Shown here: positions 36,020-45,741 of the stretch, one piece after another
Layout: every line of letters starts with the position of its first letter
Position numbering within the stretch: position 1 is the stretch's first letter
Assembly (NCBI GenBank): GCA_050175015.1
Contig: JBFXJJ010000002.1
Coordinates: 64,001 to 128,000 of the forward strand
Reading direction: 5' to 3'
DNA: 64,000 nucleotides
DNA from: Alphaproteobacteria bacterium
Lineage (GTDB): Bacteria; Pseudomonadota; Alphaproteobacteria; JBFXJJ01
Translations under genes and position numbers: made by a program
The notes under the pieces: model-generated
What the model saw: only the letters and a program-made list of their open reading frames with translations
Told to the model about the DNA's origin: nothing
Database searches by the model: none

Positions 36020-37375
36020 TTGATGAGTCCTGATGACTTCAGTTTTATTGCTAAATTACTAAAAGAACGGTCTGGTCTATCCATTGGGGAAGACAAAGTC
36101 TATCTTTTAGAAAGCAGACTTATGCCTGTGGTGCGCAAAAATGGTTTTGCTTCTATTGACGAACTGATTGCTAGCATTAAAGGCAAAAACATAGCTTTGG
36201 CTGAAGAAGTTACCGAAGCGATGACTACTAATGAATCTTTTTTCTTTAGAGATACCAAGCCTTTTGATCAGTTTAAACAAATTGTTCTTCCTGCAATGCT
36301 AAAAGAGCGCGCAGGAAAAAAGGTTATCCGCATTTGGTGCGCTGCGGCTTCTAGTGGTCAAGAGCCTTATTCTCTGGCAATGATTCTTAATGAAGAAAAA
36401 GCTAAACTTGAAGGTTGGCGCATCGAAATTGTTGGCACCGATATTTCACGAGACATTCTTCAAAAAGCTAAAGAAGGTAAATATTCTCAATTTGAGGTTC
36501 AGCGAGGACTTCCTGTTAATCTTCTAGTTAAATATTTTACGAAACAAGATGAAAACTGGATTATATCTCAAGAAATACGCTCAATGGTCAATTATAAATA
36601 TTGGAACTTACTTGATGATATTTCTCCTTTAGGTGTTTTTGATGTTGTATTTTGCCGTAATGTTTTAATTTACTTTGATCACCCAACAAAATCAAAAGTA
36701 TTAGCAAAAATTGCCAATCAACTTGCAGGAGACGGCTTCCTATACTTAGGCGGAGCTGAAACCGTTCTAGGCATTTCGAATAGATTTAAACCTGTTCCTG
36801 GTCAAAGAGGTGTATATGTTGTAAATGCCGCAGGAAATGATGCTTTGCCTGCAGGCTTTGTTCCAACAAAACAGCCTTTAGCAGCAGGCGCCACAACAGT
36901 TGGTGCGGCAACAGCAGGAGCTGCGGGTGTTGCTGCGGCCAGACCAACGACTTCACCTTTAGGAACAAGACCAACTGTTCCAGCTGGCTCATCTTATTTT
37001 TCTAAAACACCATTAAAATCACCGTTAGTGAAACGTCCTATTTCTCAACCTTTAGGCAGTCGCCCTGCGGGCACTCCGATAAATAGCGGTTCCAATATCA
37101 CTAATAGACCTTTAGGTACAGGAATTGGAAGTGGCGGTACTCCTGTAAATCGTATTGTTTCGCCGACAAGACCGACTAGTCCAACTACACCTACACAACA
37201 ATCACCAACAGCAATAAAAAAACCAATAGGCAGCGCTTCGGCTATAAATCCCGCACCGCGATCAGTTATTATGCCTACAGCCTCGGGACAAAATCATGCT
37301 GGACATACTGTAATTAGGCGTGTTGTTACAAACCGTATTGTTCCCAATACCGTAAAAATTGAAGAAAGCAAATAA
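36020..37375 (+). CDS. cheR: Chemotaxis methyltransferase with a long P/T/G/S-rich C-terminal extension
   Basis: TTNESFFFRD, IWCAAASSGQEPYS, FCRNVLIYF, LYLGGAE. Confidence 0.95.
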   Translation: MMSPDDFSFIAKLLKERSGLSIGEDKVYLLESRLMPVVRKNGFASIDELIASIKGKNIALAEEVTEAMTTNESFFFRDTKPFDQFKQIVLPAMLKERAGKKVIRIWCAAASSGQEPYSLAMILNEEKAKLEGWRIEIVGTDISRDILQKAKEGKYSQFEVQRGLPVNLLVKYFTKQDENWIISQEIRSMVNYKYWNLLDDISPLGVFDVVFCRNVLIYFDHPTKSKVLAKIANQLAGDGFLYLGGAETVLGISNRFKPVPGQRGVYVVNAAGNDALPAGFVPTKQPLAAGATTVGAATAGAAGVAAARPTTSPLGTRPTVPAGSSYFSKTPLKSPLVKRPISQPLGSRPAGTPINSGSNITNRPLGTGIGSGGTPVNRIVSPTRPTSPTTPTQQSPTAIKKPIGSASAINPAPRSVIMPTASGQNHAGHTVIRRVVTNRIVPNTVKIEESK

Positions 37376-37862
37376 GCATAAATTGCGGTTTTAGATTAAA
37401 ACGTAAGCCTTAACTCAATGGTTAATTAAGGCAAATATATGTTTATATGCTGTTTTAAACCTATTATTACTACAAATTTTATACTTGATCTTTTTTAAGC
37501 CCAAATAGAGGGATGATAGTTTTTTATCGAGCATATTTGAAAAAAGTTTAATCCATTTGATTAAATTTATTCTGACAACTTTAAAAACGCTTAGAAGTTA
37601 TGCTCTTTTATTAAACAATCAATAAAAAAATAGATATATCGTTTTATTATAACCAAGTTAGGCTGCTTTAACTATAACCGCATAATTAAATAAAAAACGG
37701 ACTACATAAACAATATAAATATGCAGCAAACAAGATTTGGTTTTAAATATGCCCTCTTGGATGTTAAACGGCATAAGGAAGAAGGTAAGAACGGCTCTAA
37801 AGTATCGGCAAGAAAATTAATGCTAAATATTAGCTAAGAAAAAATTCATCTAATTTATTAAA

Positions 37863-38126
37863 TTATGCCCTTCTAATATTAGTTTTATTTTCAGCGTCAG
37901 AGTCATCAGAAGCATCTTCATCAACGTATTCTAAAATATCTCCAGGCTGACAATTTAGAACCTTACAAATAGCTTCTAACGTCGAAAATCTAACCGCTTT
38001 AGCCCTGCCAGCATTAAGAACAGAAAGATTTTGGACACTAATTCCAACTTTTTCAGCAAGAGTTATCAGCTTCATTTTTCTTTTCGCTATTACAACATCA
38101 AGATTAATTCTAATACCCATAACCAA
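37863..38126 (-). CDS. Cro/C1-type (YozG-like) HTH regulator
   Basis: 'LAEKVGISVQNLSVL..GRAKAVRFSTLEAIC..LNCQPGDILEY'; the usual partner of DUF2975 genes. Confidence 0.88.
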   Translation of the reverse strand: MVMGIRINLDVVIAKRKMKLITLAEKVGISVQNLSVLNAGRAKAVRFSTLEAICKVLNCQPGDILEYVDEDASDDSDAENKTNIRRA

Positions 38127-38145
38127 ATCCTTTTTATTTAGTTAA

Positions 38146-38946
38146 CTATATTGTTAACGATTGTTCTTCAAAAATGCGGCAGCCTTCCCGCATAACGACA
38201 GCCAATACCAAACAATGAAGTCCTGTTACAGCTAAAATACCATAAGGTTTAAACCATAAATCAAGTATCATCATAAAAACCTGCTCAGAAATATCAATAT
38301 TATTAAAATTAAAGGTATTAAACATCAACATTGACTGAGCAAAACTAATCAAAGCTAGAACTATTAGACCCGTACCAATTAAGGCATAGTTTTTAACCAT
38401 TCTAGCAGAAAAGAATTCCCGTCTTTGATAACCACTGGCAAGTTTTTTTAGAACATAAAGCGTCCCCAATCCAACTAGCAAGTGGCAGATTAACAGGGAT
38501 ATTCTAAGCAGCATTGTTTTTTGCATAAAATCACTATTAAAACGGTCAAATTTCTTGTGACGCAAATCCCCACGCCCGAAATCAGGCCTAGGCATACCCA
38601 TTGAGCCATGAAACATCTCATCTGGCGGCGGCATATCATCTGGAAGCATCTCATCTGGCGGTGGCATATCATCAGGAAGCACATCTTCATGAGGCATATT
38701 AGCTGGCGGCATCATATTAGCATCGCCTCGTGGAGGCTCCTTCATAAAACTTGCAATATGAGGAGGTGGGAACGGAATATTAATAATCCTAGCCATACTA
38801 AGATGATGAATAATCGCAAAAGATGTATGAACAATTAAGACTAGAGCCATAATTATAATTAAACAATTAATCACTAGGCTTGTTATTATATTTTTTCTAT
38901 CTTTTTTTTCTTCAGGTGTTCCTGATAAAAAAAACACTTCGCTCAT
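38146..38946 (-). CDS. DUF2975-like membrane protein with a Met/Pro/Asp-rich loop
   Basis: Four TM segments, C-terminal 'EGCRIFEEQSLTI', adjacent HTH gene; 33-bp tandem duplication at 38614-38679. Confidence 0.7.
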   Translation of the reverse strand: MSEVFFLSGTPEEKKDRKNIITSLVINCLIIIMALVLIVHTSFAIIHHLSMARIINIPFPPPHIASFMKEPPRGDANMMPPANMPHEDVLPDDMPPPDEMLPDDMPPPDEMFHGSMGMPRPDFGRGDLRHKKFDRFNSDFMQKTMLLRISLLICHLLVGLGTLYVLKKLASGYQRREFFSARMVKNYALIGTGLIVLALISFAQSMLMFNTFNFNNIDISEQVFMMILDLWFKPYGILAVTGLHCLVLAVVMREGCRIFEEQSLTI

Positions 38947-38979
38947 TCAAGGCTCCACTCAAAGGCTTTTAATTAACAA

Positions 38980-39010
38980 TGGCAGTTCAGTTTTCATTTC
39001 TGAACTGCCA
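38980..39010. terminator. Hairpin downstream of the acidic repeat gene
   Basis: TGGCAGTTCAG-N9-CTGAACTGCCA. Confidence 0.65.
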
Positions 39011-39052
39011 ATTGTAAACTATTTTCCTAGTTAATTACAAACTAATTTTATG

Positions 39053-39814
39053 TTATATTATACTGGATAATAGTTCCGCAGACAATGAGGAAGTACTGTT
39101 TTCTTCATCTTCATTCTGGCTTAGAAGCGATGATATTACAGAACTTTCCTCATCGTCATCATCTGAAGATAAGAGCTCAAGGGCTAAAGATTCCACGCTT
39201 GAAGTAGAAGATGCAGTCGCTGTTGACGCCGTGTCATCTTCGGTTGAACTCATACCTTCAGCAGGAGGTGGTGGAGGCGGTGGCGGTGCGGGCATATCAA
39301 TACCGTTTGCCTCCAACTCTTCTTGAATTTTTGCCATAGTCTCTTCGGATAAAGGTTCATCGGAGCCTTCAGTATATTTGGCAAAAATCTCATCAATAAT
39401 TTCCTGCTCGTCATCAGTTAAACTGCTCACATCTTGTTGAGAACCACCGGCTGGAGGAGGAGGTGGTGGTGGTGGCGCGGGCATATCAATACCATTTGCC
39501 TCCAACTCTTCTTGAATTTTTGCCATAGTCTCTTCGGATAAAGGTTCATCGGAACCTTCAGTATATTTAGCAAAAATTTCATCAACAATTTCTTGTTCAT
39601 CTTCAGTCAAAGAGTTATTAGCTTCACCAGAATTACCCATAGCCGTCACCGCCATTGCATTCTGACTTAAAGAAACCTCGAAAGCAGGGCCGAAGCTGTC
39701 TTTAGTTTCTGATGACTTTTCGCTTTTTTCTTCCTGACTAGCCATTTGCGAATATTTTGCTTGGCTAAGAGCAGTTAAAGATTGCTCGTAGCTAAGCGAG
39801 TTAATAGATGTCAT
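39053..39814 (-). CDS. Highly acidic hypothetical protein with two 63-aa repeats, each ending in polyproline
   Basis: AAGGAG RBS before the ATG at 39814; near-identical duplication with a 189-bp period. Confidence 0.8.
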   Translation of the reverse strand: MTSINSLSYEQSLTALSQAKYSQMASQEEKSEKSSETKDSFGPAFEVSLSQNAMAVTAMGNSGEANNSLTEDEQEIVDEIFAKYTEGSDEPLSEETMAKIQEELEANGIDMPAPPPPPPPPAGGSQQDVSSLTDDEQEIIDEIFAKYTEGSDEPLSEETMAKIQEELEANGIDMPAPPPPPPPPAEGMSSTEDDTASTATASSTSSVESLALELLSSDDDDEESSVISSLLSQNEDEENSTSSLSAELLSSII

Positions 39815-39875
39815 ATCAGTCTCCTTATATTTATAAATATCATCATTCCTTGTTGAAAGATGACGCTGTTTATTT

Positions 39876-39891
39876 GGCAAAAAATATGCCA
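39876..39891 (-). promoter_or_regulatory. Sigma54 -24/-12 promoter
   Basis: TGGCAT-ATTTT-TTGCC on the minus strand, about 60 bp upstream of the ATG at 39814. Confidence 0.7.
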
Positions 39892-40040
39892 GAAAATAAC
39901 ATATTGTTTTTCAATATTTTTTATTTTTTCTGGTTTATTTTTTTAATGATAAACGAGAATTTATTGCCTATCAACAATAAAAACACATAATATACAGGAA
40001 TTTTTTTCCGACTAACATTAATTTAACAACTATAAACAAG

Positions 40041-40070
40041 AAAAACCCATTGTTTAACAATGGGTTTTTT
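40041..40070. terminator. ctrA terminator
   Basis: AAAAACCCATTGTT-T-AACAATGGGTTTTT. Confidence 0.75.
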
Positions 40071-40099
40071 AAAATCATGGCATAAAAAAATATTTTAAA

Positions 40100-40801
40100 T
40101 TATGAAGCTTTCTTTTTGTTTTCTTTTTGAGGTTCACGCAAAACATATCCCCTGCCCCATACGGTTTCAATATAATTTTCACCGCTGGTTGCTTTTTCTA
40201 ATTTTTTACGTAACTTACAAATAAAAACATCAATAATTTTAAGCTCAGGCTCGTCCATTCCGCCATAAAGATGGTTAAGGAATTGATCTTTGTTAAGAGT
40301 TGTGCCTTTTCTCAAAGATAACAGCTCTAAAATGCTGTATTCCTTGCCTGTTAGGTGCAAAGGCTTGCCTTTTACTGTAACCGTTTGAGTGTTAAGATTA
40401 ACTTCAATTACACCTGTTCTAATAACAGATTCAGCGTGCCCTTTTGATCTTCTCACAATAGCTTGAATACGAGATAACAACTCTTGTTTATCAAAAGGTT
40501 TAGTCAAGTAATCATCGGCACCAAAACCAAAACCTTTAATTTTCTTTTCTGTCTGAGTAAGCCCAGAAAGAATAAGTACTGGGGTTTCAATTTTTGATGC
40601 TCTAAGTTTTTTCAAAACTTCATATCCATCAATATCTGGCAGCATTAAATCTAAAATAATAATATCATACTCATAGAGTTTGCCAATTTCTAAACCGTCT
40701 TCACCCATATCGGTACAATCGACAATCATTCCCTCACTTTTGAGCATCATTTCAATACTTTTGGAGGTGCTTTTATCATCTTCAACTAAAAGAACGCGCA
40801 T
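40100..40801 (-). CDS. ctrA: Cell-cycle response regulator CtrA
   Basis: MRVLLVEDD, '[14 protein letters not shown]', '[28 protein letters not shown]', 'IETVWGRGY'. Confidence 0.97.
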   Translation of the reverse strand: MRVLLVEDDKSTSKSIEMMLKSEGMIVDCTDMGEDGLEIGKLYEYDIIILDLMLPDIDGYEVLKKLRASKIETPVLILSGLTQTEKKIKGFGFGADDYLTKPFDKQELLSRIQAIVRRSKGHAESVIRTGVIEVNLNTQTVTVKGKPLHLTGKEYSILELLSLRKGTTLNKDQFLNHLYGGMDEPELKIIDVFICKLRKKLEKATSGENYIETVWGRGYVLREPQKENKKKAS

Positions 40802-40861
40802 AAGTTTATTTCCTATTATTAAAGGTATAAAATAATAACCAAAACAGATAATATATCTTTT

Positions 40862-40877
40862 TTAACCATTTGTTAAC
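40862..40877. promoter_or_regulatory. CtrA box between divergent ctrA and fliI
   Basis: TTAA-CCATTTG-TTAAC matches the full consensus. Confidence 0.75.
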
Positions 40878-40973
40878 CTTTTTTACTAGATTTTGTAAAA
40901 AAAATTGTTACTTTTACAACAAATAGCTATTATTATTAAAAACAATCACTTTTTTTAAGGATTTTTTCAACCC

Positions 40974-42389
40974 TTGCAAATTAATGTCGAGAACATCGTA
41001 AACGAAATTTCAAAACTGGAAACAACGGCGGCTTTCGGCAGAGTTTCGGCTGTTAAAGGTTTGTTATTAGAAGCCAGCGGCATCATTACTGGTGCCTCTG
41101 TTGGAGATTTTTGTTTTGTTCATACCAGAGATGGCAGCAAGGTGCCATGCGAAATCATAGGTTTTTCTTCGGATAAACTGCTTTTGATGCCTTTTTCCAG
41201 CCTAGATGGCATAGGTCCTGGCAACAAGTTAGAATTAACTAACACCAAATCTGTTGTTTACCCCCACCCATCTTGGCTGGGTCGAATTATCGATGCGATG
41301 GGAAATCCTGTAGACGGTAAAGGTCCATTAATTAAAGGCGACTTACCCATACCAATCAAAAACCGCCCGCCTCCATCTCATAGAAGGCAGAGAGTAAAAG
41401 GCAAAGTCGATTTGGGCATAAGAGCTATGAACGCTTTTCTTACTATGTGTAAAGGACAGCGTATGGGAATTTTTGCAGGTTCTGGTGTTGGCAAATCATC
41501 AATGATGTCAATGATTGCAAGACATTCTAATATTGATGTTGCTGTAATTGGGCTTATCGGCGAACGTGGCCGTGAAGCCAGAGAATTTATTGAAGACGAT
41601 TTGGGCGAAGAAGGTCTTAAGAAAAGCGTTGTTGTGGTCGCGACATCAGATGAAAGTCCGCTTATGCGCCGTCAAAGTGCTTATATGGCAATGGCTGTTG
41701 CTGAATATTTTAGAGACATTGGACATAACGTGTTATCAATGATGGACTCTATTACTCGTTTTGCTATGGCCCAAAGAGAAATCAGTCTTTCTGCAGGTGA
41801 ACCTCCTGCCAGCAAAGGATATACGCCAACCGTTTTTGCTGAACTCCCCAAGCTCTTAGAACGAGCAGGACCGGGCGAAATCGGCAAAGGTTCTATTACA
41901 GGACTATTTACCGTTCTGGTAGAAGGTGATGATCATAATGAACCTATCGCTGATGCGGTTAGAGGTATTCTTGATGGACACGTTGTTCTTGACAGATCTA
42001 TTGCCGAGCGCGGCCGTTATCCTGCAATTAACATTCTTCGCAGCATTTCAAGAACGATACCAGGCTGCAACAACGACCGAGAAAATACGCTTCTAAGAAA
42101 AGCTAAAAGTTACCTTGCTGTTTATGAAGATATGGCTGAACTAATCAGATTAGGAGCTTACCGCAAAGGGACTAATCCTGAAGTTGACGAAGCTATTTTC
42201 TATTATCCTAAAATTGAAGAATTTGTTTCTCAGTTAAAAACAGAAAAAACCGATTTAAAAACCTGCTATGATCTATTAGAACAAATTTTAGCGTCACAAA
42301 CAGTTGAAATGCCAATAGAGCAGCCTAAAAATGAACCTCAAAAAATTGGCACAGAAACAAAATTAAAACGAAACAAAGTTAAAAGATAA
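40974..42389 (+). CDS. fliI: Flagellar export ATPase
   Basis: GIFAGSGVGKS, LIGERGRE, DSITRFAMAQRE, ILDGH. Confidence 0.96.
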   Translation: MQINVENIVNEISKLETTAAFGRVSAVKGLLLEASGIITGASVGDFCFVHTRDGSKVPCEIIGFSSDKLLLMPFSSLDGIGPGNKLELTNTKSVVYPHPSWLGRIIDAMGNPVDGKGPLIKGDLPIPIKNRPPPSHRRQRVKGKVDLGIRAMNAFLTMCKGQRMGIFAGSGVGKSSMMSMIARHSNIDVAVIGLIGERGREAREFIEDDLGEEGLKKSVVVVATSDESPLMRRQSAYMAMAVAEYFRDIGHNVLSMMDSITRFAMAQREISLSAGEPPASKGYTPTVFAELPKLLERAGPGEIGKGSITGLFTVLVEGDDHNEPIADAVRGILDGHVVLDRSIAERGRYPAINILRSISRTIPGCNNDRENTLLRKAKSYLAVYEDMAELIRLGAYRKGTNPEVDEAIFYYPKIEEFVSQLKTEKTDLKTCYDLLEQILASQTVEMPIEQPKNEPQKIGTETKLKRNKVKR

Positions 42390-42413
42390 AAAGTTCTAAC
42401 GGTTTGATAAAAA

Positions 42414-42863
42414 ATGTCTGAAGATCTCTATGCATTAATACGATTAAAAAAATGGGAAATCGATGAAAAAAGGCGAGCCCTTGCTGACTTATTTTCTCAA
42501 GAAGAAAAAGTTATTAATAACATAAAAAAACTGCTTGAAGAACTTGAAGAAGAAAAAAGAACGGCAGCCTTGGATATCCAATATCGTATTACTTATGATA
42601 TTTATGTGCAGAAAAACATTAAAATCAGACAAAGCCTAGATGGTATTTTAATAAAGACCAGACAAAGAATACAAGAAGTTCAAGATGAACTTGCCATTCT
42701 TTTCCAAGATTTAAAGACCTATGAGATAAGCCAAGAAAACCGAGAAAAACGCCGAGCCGAAGAATTAAAGATTAAAGAACAGAATAAACTTGATGAAATT
42801 GGGCTTAATCTTCATCGCCGCCGCCATAATGATGAAAACCACGAAAATGATGAAGAAATTTAG
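42414..42863 (+). CDS. fliJ: Flagellar export protein FliJ
   Basis: 149-aa coiled-coil protein after fliI; 'KWEIDEKRR', 'EQNKLDEIGL'. Confidence 0.8.
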   Translation: MSEDLYALIRLKKWEIDEKRRALADLFSQEEKVINNIKKLLEELEEEKRTAALDIQYRITYDIYVQKNIKIRQSLDGILIKTRQRIQEVQDELAILFQDLKTYEISQENREKRRAEELKIKEQNKLDEIGLNLHRRRHNDENHENDEEI

Positions 42864-42872
42864 CACATAACC

Positions 42873-42900
42873 TTGACTATTTTTTTTCAAATTCTATAAT
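42873..42900 (+). promoter_or_regulatory. Sigma70 promoter of speG
   Basis: TTGACT-16 bp-TATAAT. Confidence 0.6.
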
Positions 42901-42952
42901 TTAGTCATCTATTCAATATAAAAATCAATATTTTTAAAAAATCAGAAAAAAA

Positions 42953-43474
42953 ATGACATTAAATGTAAAATTACGTCCTCTCGAAAGAGAAGACTTGAGG
43001 TTTGTTCACAAATTAGACAACAACCAAACAATTATTCGTTATTGGTTTGAAGAACCCTATGAAGCTTTTGTTGAACTTAGCGATCTTTATGACAAACATA
43101 TTCACGATCAAACCGAGCGCAGGTTTATAATTGAAAATGATGAACAACAAGTGGGATTAGTAGAAATTGTTGAGATAAACTATACTCATAGGCGTGCTGA
43201 ATTCCAGATTATAATTACCCCAGAGTACCAAGGAAAGGGCTTTGCAACCAAAGCTGCCAGACTTGCAATTGACTATGCTTTTAATGTTCTCAATCTTTAC
43301 AAAATATATCTAATTGTTGACTGCGATAACGCTCCAGCTATCAAAATTTATAAAAAACTCGGCTTCAAAGAAGAAGGGACTTTAATAAAGGAATTCTTTG
43401 TTGAGGGACGCTACAAGAACGCCTACAGAATGGCGCTGTTTCAAGAAGAATACCTTGCCGCAATCGGCCTTTAG
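42953..43474 (+). CDS. speG: Spermidine N1-acetyltransferase
   Basis: [50 protein letters not shown]. Confidence 0.95.
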   Translation: MTLNVKLRPLEREDLRFVHKLDNNQTIIRYWFEEPYEAFVELSDLYDKHIHDQTERRFIIENDEQQVGLVEIVEINYTHRRAEFQIIITPEYQGKGFATKAARLAIDYAFNVLNLYKIYLIVDCDNAPAIKIYKKLGFKEEGTLIKEFFVEGRYKNAYRMALFQEEYLAAIGL

Positions 43475-43553
43475 AGTGTTTGGCGTTTAGTTGTACGTAA
43501 ATTATAGCGTTTTTAGAGCATATTTTAATCTTAGCTATGCCCCAAAGCGTTCT

Positions 43554-44645
43554 TCAATTAGCAGTATTATCAGTTAGGTTTTTTTCTAAAAATTCAGAAA
43601 TAACAAAACCTTCCGCTTCATCGGTTTTAACTTTTACCCATAGGGTTCCAGGAACAAGCCCGATTATTCTTAATGTCGTGCCTTTAAAGGCGCCAGAGAC
43701 AATTCCAAATTCAAAACCGGGTCCCTGATAAATATTAATATAATCGTATTTAACCTTATAAATAAGATTTTCATCTAAAGGATCATCGGGCAAATTAACA
43801 ACTTTTAAGCTTTCCTGTTCATTTTCATTATATGAATCACTAATTTGTTTATCAATTTTGGGAACATAATAATAGTATCCCATAACTCCTAGAAGAGTAA
43901 TCATCATTACTAAAGGCGCCACCTGAATTGCGAAATAACTAACACCGTTTTTCCATTTATCTTTTCTGGGTTCAACGTCTTTTAAGCTTTTTAACAATTG
44001 ATTTATACTATTTACCTGAGATGGAACCTTTGTAAACTTTAATGCTTCAGTTGCCGCATTTTTAGCTTCTGGATAATTTCCTTTTTCTATTAAATATTTA
44101 GCATAATGGATTAGAAGCCTTGAATTAAGCTTGTTAGGTTTTTTTCCGCCTTTGATGTTATTTAGTAATGCGACAACCGCTTTCATTGTCCCAAAAGGAA
44201 ACAGCCAAATGCCAGAAAGCCACGTTCTCATACTTGCTCTAACTGCGGCAATACCCGCACATTTCAAGCAAAACACGCCCTTGATTACTCTCGGCACCGT
44301 TTTGAATTTATGGTTTGTAACTTCCTTGAATATTACAAAACGCAGGTTGCGCGATTTAGTGTGGCACATAGAACAACAAGGCTCATCTTCTAAATCTAAT
44401 TCAGCATCATCTGCATTATTTGTTATATCATAAGCTAATTTCATTTTAGGGTCTGCCAAAGTTTTGTATGCTTCAAGCAGCTTTGCAAATTCTTCTGCGG
44501 CATTTTCGGCATTGTTTTTATCGGGGTGAACTTTTTTGGCTTTTTGATGATACGCACTTTTAATCGCGTCGGAGTCAGCATCTTTATTGACTCCAATTAT
44601 TGAATAAAAATCTTCTTTTCCTTTTTTGTTATTAGGAAGCATCAT
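43554..44645 (-). CDS. J-domain, CxxC zinc motif, TM, SH3b-like protein (paralog 2)
   Basis: 'AYHQKAKKVHPDKN'; CSMC and CLKC; TM IQVAPLVMMITLLGVMGYYYY; 'INIYQGPG...GTTL...WVKV...EGFV'. Confidence 0.8.
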   Translation of the reverse strand: MMLPNNKKGKEDFYSIIGVNKDADSDAIKSAYHQKAKKVHPDKNNAENAAEEFAKLLEAYKTLADPKMKLAYDITNNADDAELDLEDEPCCSMCHTKSRNLRFVIFKEVTNHKFKTVPRVIKGVFCLKCAGIAAVRASMRTWLSGIWLFPFGTMKAVVALLNNIKGGKKPNKLNSRLLIHYAKYLIEKGNYPEAKNAATEALKFTKVPSQVNSINQLLKSLKDVEPRKDKWKNGVSYFAIQVAPLVMMITLLGVMGYYYYVPKIDKQISDSYNENEQESLKVVNLPDDPLDENLIYKVKYDYINIYQGPGFEFGIVSGAFKGTTLRIIGLVPGTLWVKVKTDEAEGFVISEFLEKNLTDNTAN

Positions 44646-45736
44646 TTTCCTTCTGAATTTAGCGGCGTAGTATCAAAGATTATATTATCAAGTGGTAATG
44701 GCTTTTTGCCAAATCCTTTTTTTAAATAATCCCTATCTATAAAACCAACAATCCCATCTGGCATCATTATCCTTGCCCAACTAGAATCAACCGTCATTCC
44801 TGTAAGTCTAACGGTCGTCTCTTTTTCAATAACTCTTAATAAATCATATTCCGTAGAAGGTCCGTGGAAAACTTTGCTTTCTTTCCTTGTATGATAAATC
44901 ATTTTTTCATCTTTAATATCGACAGGAATAGCCAAAACATTCTGCCCTATAACATTATCTTGAACAGCGTTATATTCTGGAACTTTAAGTCGGGAAAAAA
45001 CATCTGCAATATTTTGATATTTAACGATTGCCAATAGTATCAAAAACACCGCCCCTGATACCGAGCTTATTATCAAAGCTTCTTTCTTATATTTTAAAAA
45101 ATTAAACGGCTCTTTCCACTGATTTTTATGAACAACCCTGCCTTCTGCATCAAGCTCGGCAACAATATTGTTCAATGATGTTTTAATACTTTCATCATCA
45201 GTTAAAAGAAGCGCCTGCTTAGCCGTTATAACCGCATTATCATACTGTTCCGCAGTAATAAAACTCAGCATTTGCTCAAGCGTTAATAATAAACTCTTAA
45301 AAACATCAACGTCTTTTTTTCCTACTTTCCTAGCGCACGCATAACACAAAGCTTTATTATAAGCGTCGTTTTTCATAATTCTTAATTGAGGAGAAACACA
45401 GCCGCATTTAGAACAGCGCTTAAAATCAAGGTTAAACTTTCGGCTGTCTGTTGTTACATATTCCGACAAGTATTTAATATCATAAATATTGCGCAAGAGG
45501 TTGTCGCTAAGAATATCACTTGCTGCCTTTAAGAATCTAAACCGAAATTCGGCATCTGGCGTTTTGTTATAATCTGGGTGAAGCTCCTTTGCTTTTTGGC
45601 GGTAGGCCAATTTAATATCATCACCAGAAGCACTAGGCTCTAGCCCCATAATATTATAGTAATTTAAAGCATCTTTATGCCAAACTGTTTCTTTATTATA
45701 AGTTCTTGGTTTAAAATTTTTATTTTTACTATTCAT
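44642..45736 (-). CDS. J-domain, CxxC zinc motif, TM, SH3b-like protein (paralog 1)
   Basis: 'AYRQKAKELHPDYN'; CSKC and CYAC; TM LIISSVSGAVFLILLAIV; 'VFHGPSTEY...WARI...GIVGFI'. Confidence 0.8.
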   Translation of the reverse strand: MNSKNKNFKPRTYNKETVWHKDALNYYNIMGLEPSASGDDIKLAYRQKAKELHPDYNKTPDAEFRFRFLKAASDILSDNLLRNIYDIKYLSEYVTTDSRKFNLDFKRCSKCGCVSPQLRIMKNDAYNKALCYACARKVGKKDVDVFKSLLLTLEQMLSFITAEQYDNAVITAKQALLLTDDESIKTSLNNIVAELDAEGRVVHKNQWKEPFNFLKYKKEALIISSVSGAVFLILLAIVKYQNIADVFSRLKVPEYNAVQDNVIGQNVLAIPVDIKDEKMIYHTRKESKVFHGPSTEYDLLRVIEKETTVRLTGMTVDSSWARIMMPDGIVGFIDRDYLKKGFGKKPLPLDNIIFDTTPLNSEGK

Positions 45737-45741
45737 AATTA

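Noticed and set aside
37410-37425. CtrA box downstream of cheR
   Set aside because: Spacing is TTAA-N8-TTAA rather than N7, and TTAA is frequent in this AT-rich DNA
37721-37837. 38-aa ORF (MQQTRFGFKY...) in the gap between cheR and the HTH gene
   Set aside because: No clear RBS or recognisable motif; cannot be supported from sequence alone
39815-39880. Longer N-terminus for the acidic repeat protein (and similar extensions for glnB, flgE and the 9487 ORF)
   Set aside because: Downstream ATGs have better RBS or family-typical starts; here the upstream start overlaps the sigma54 promoter
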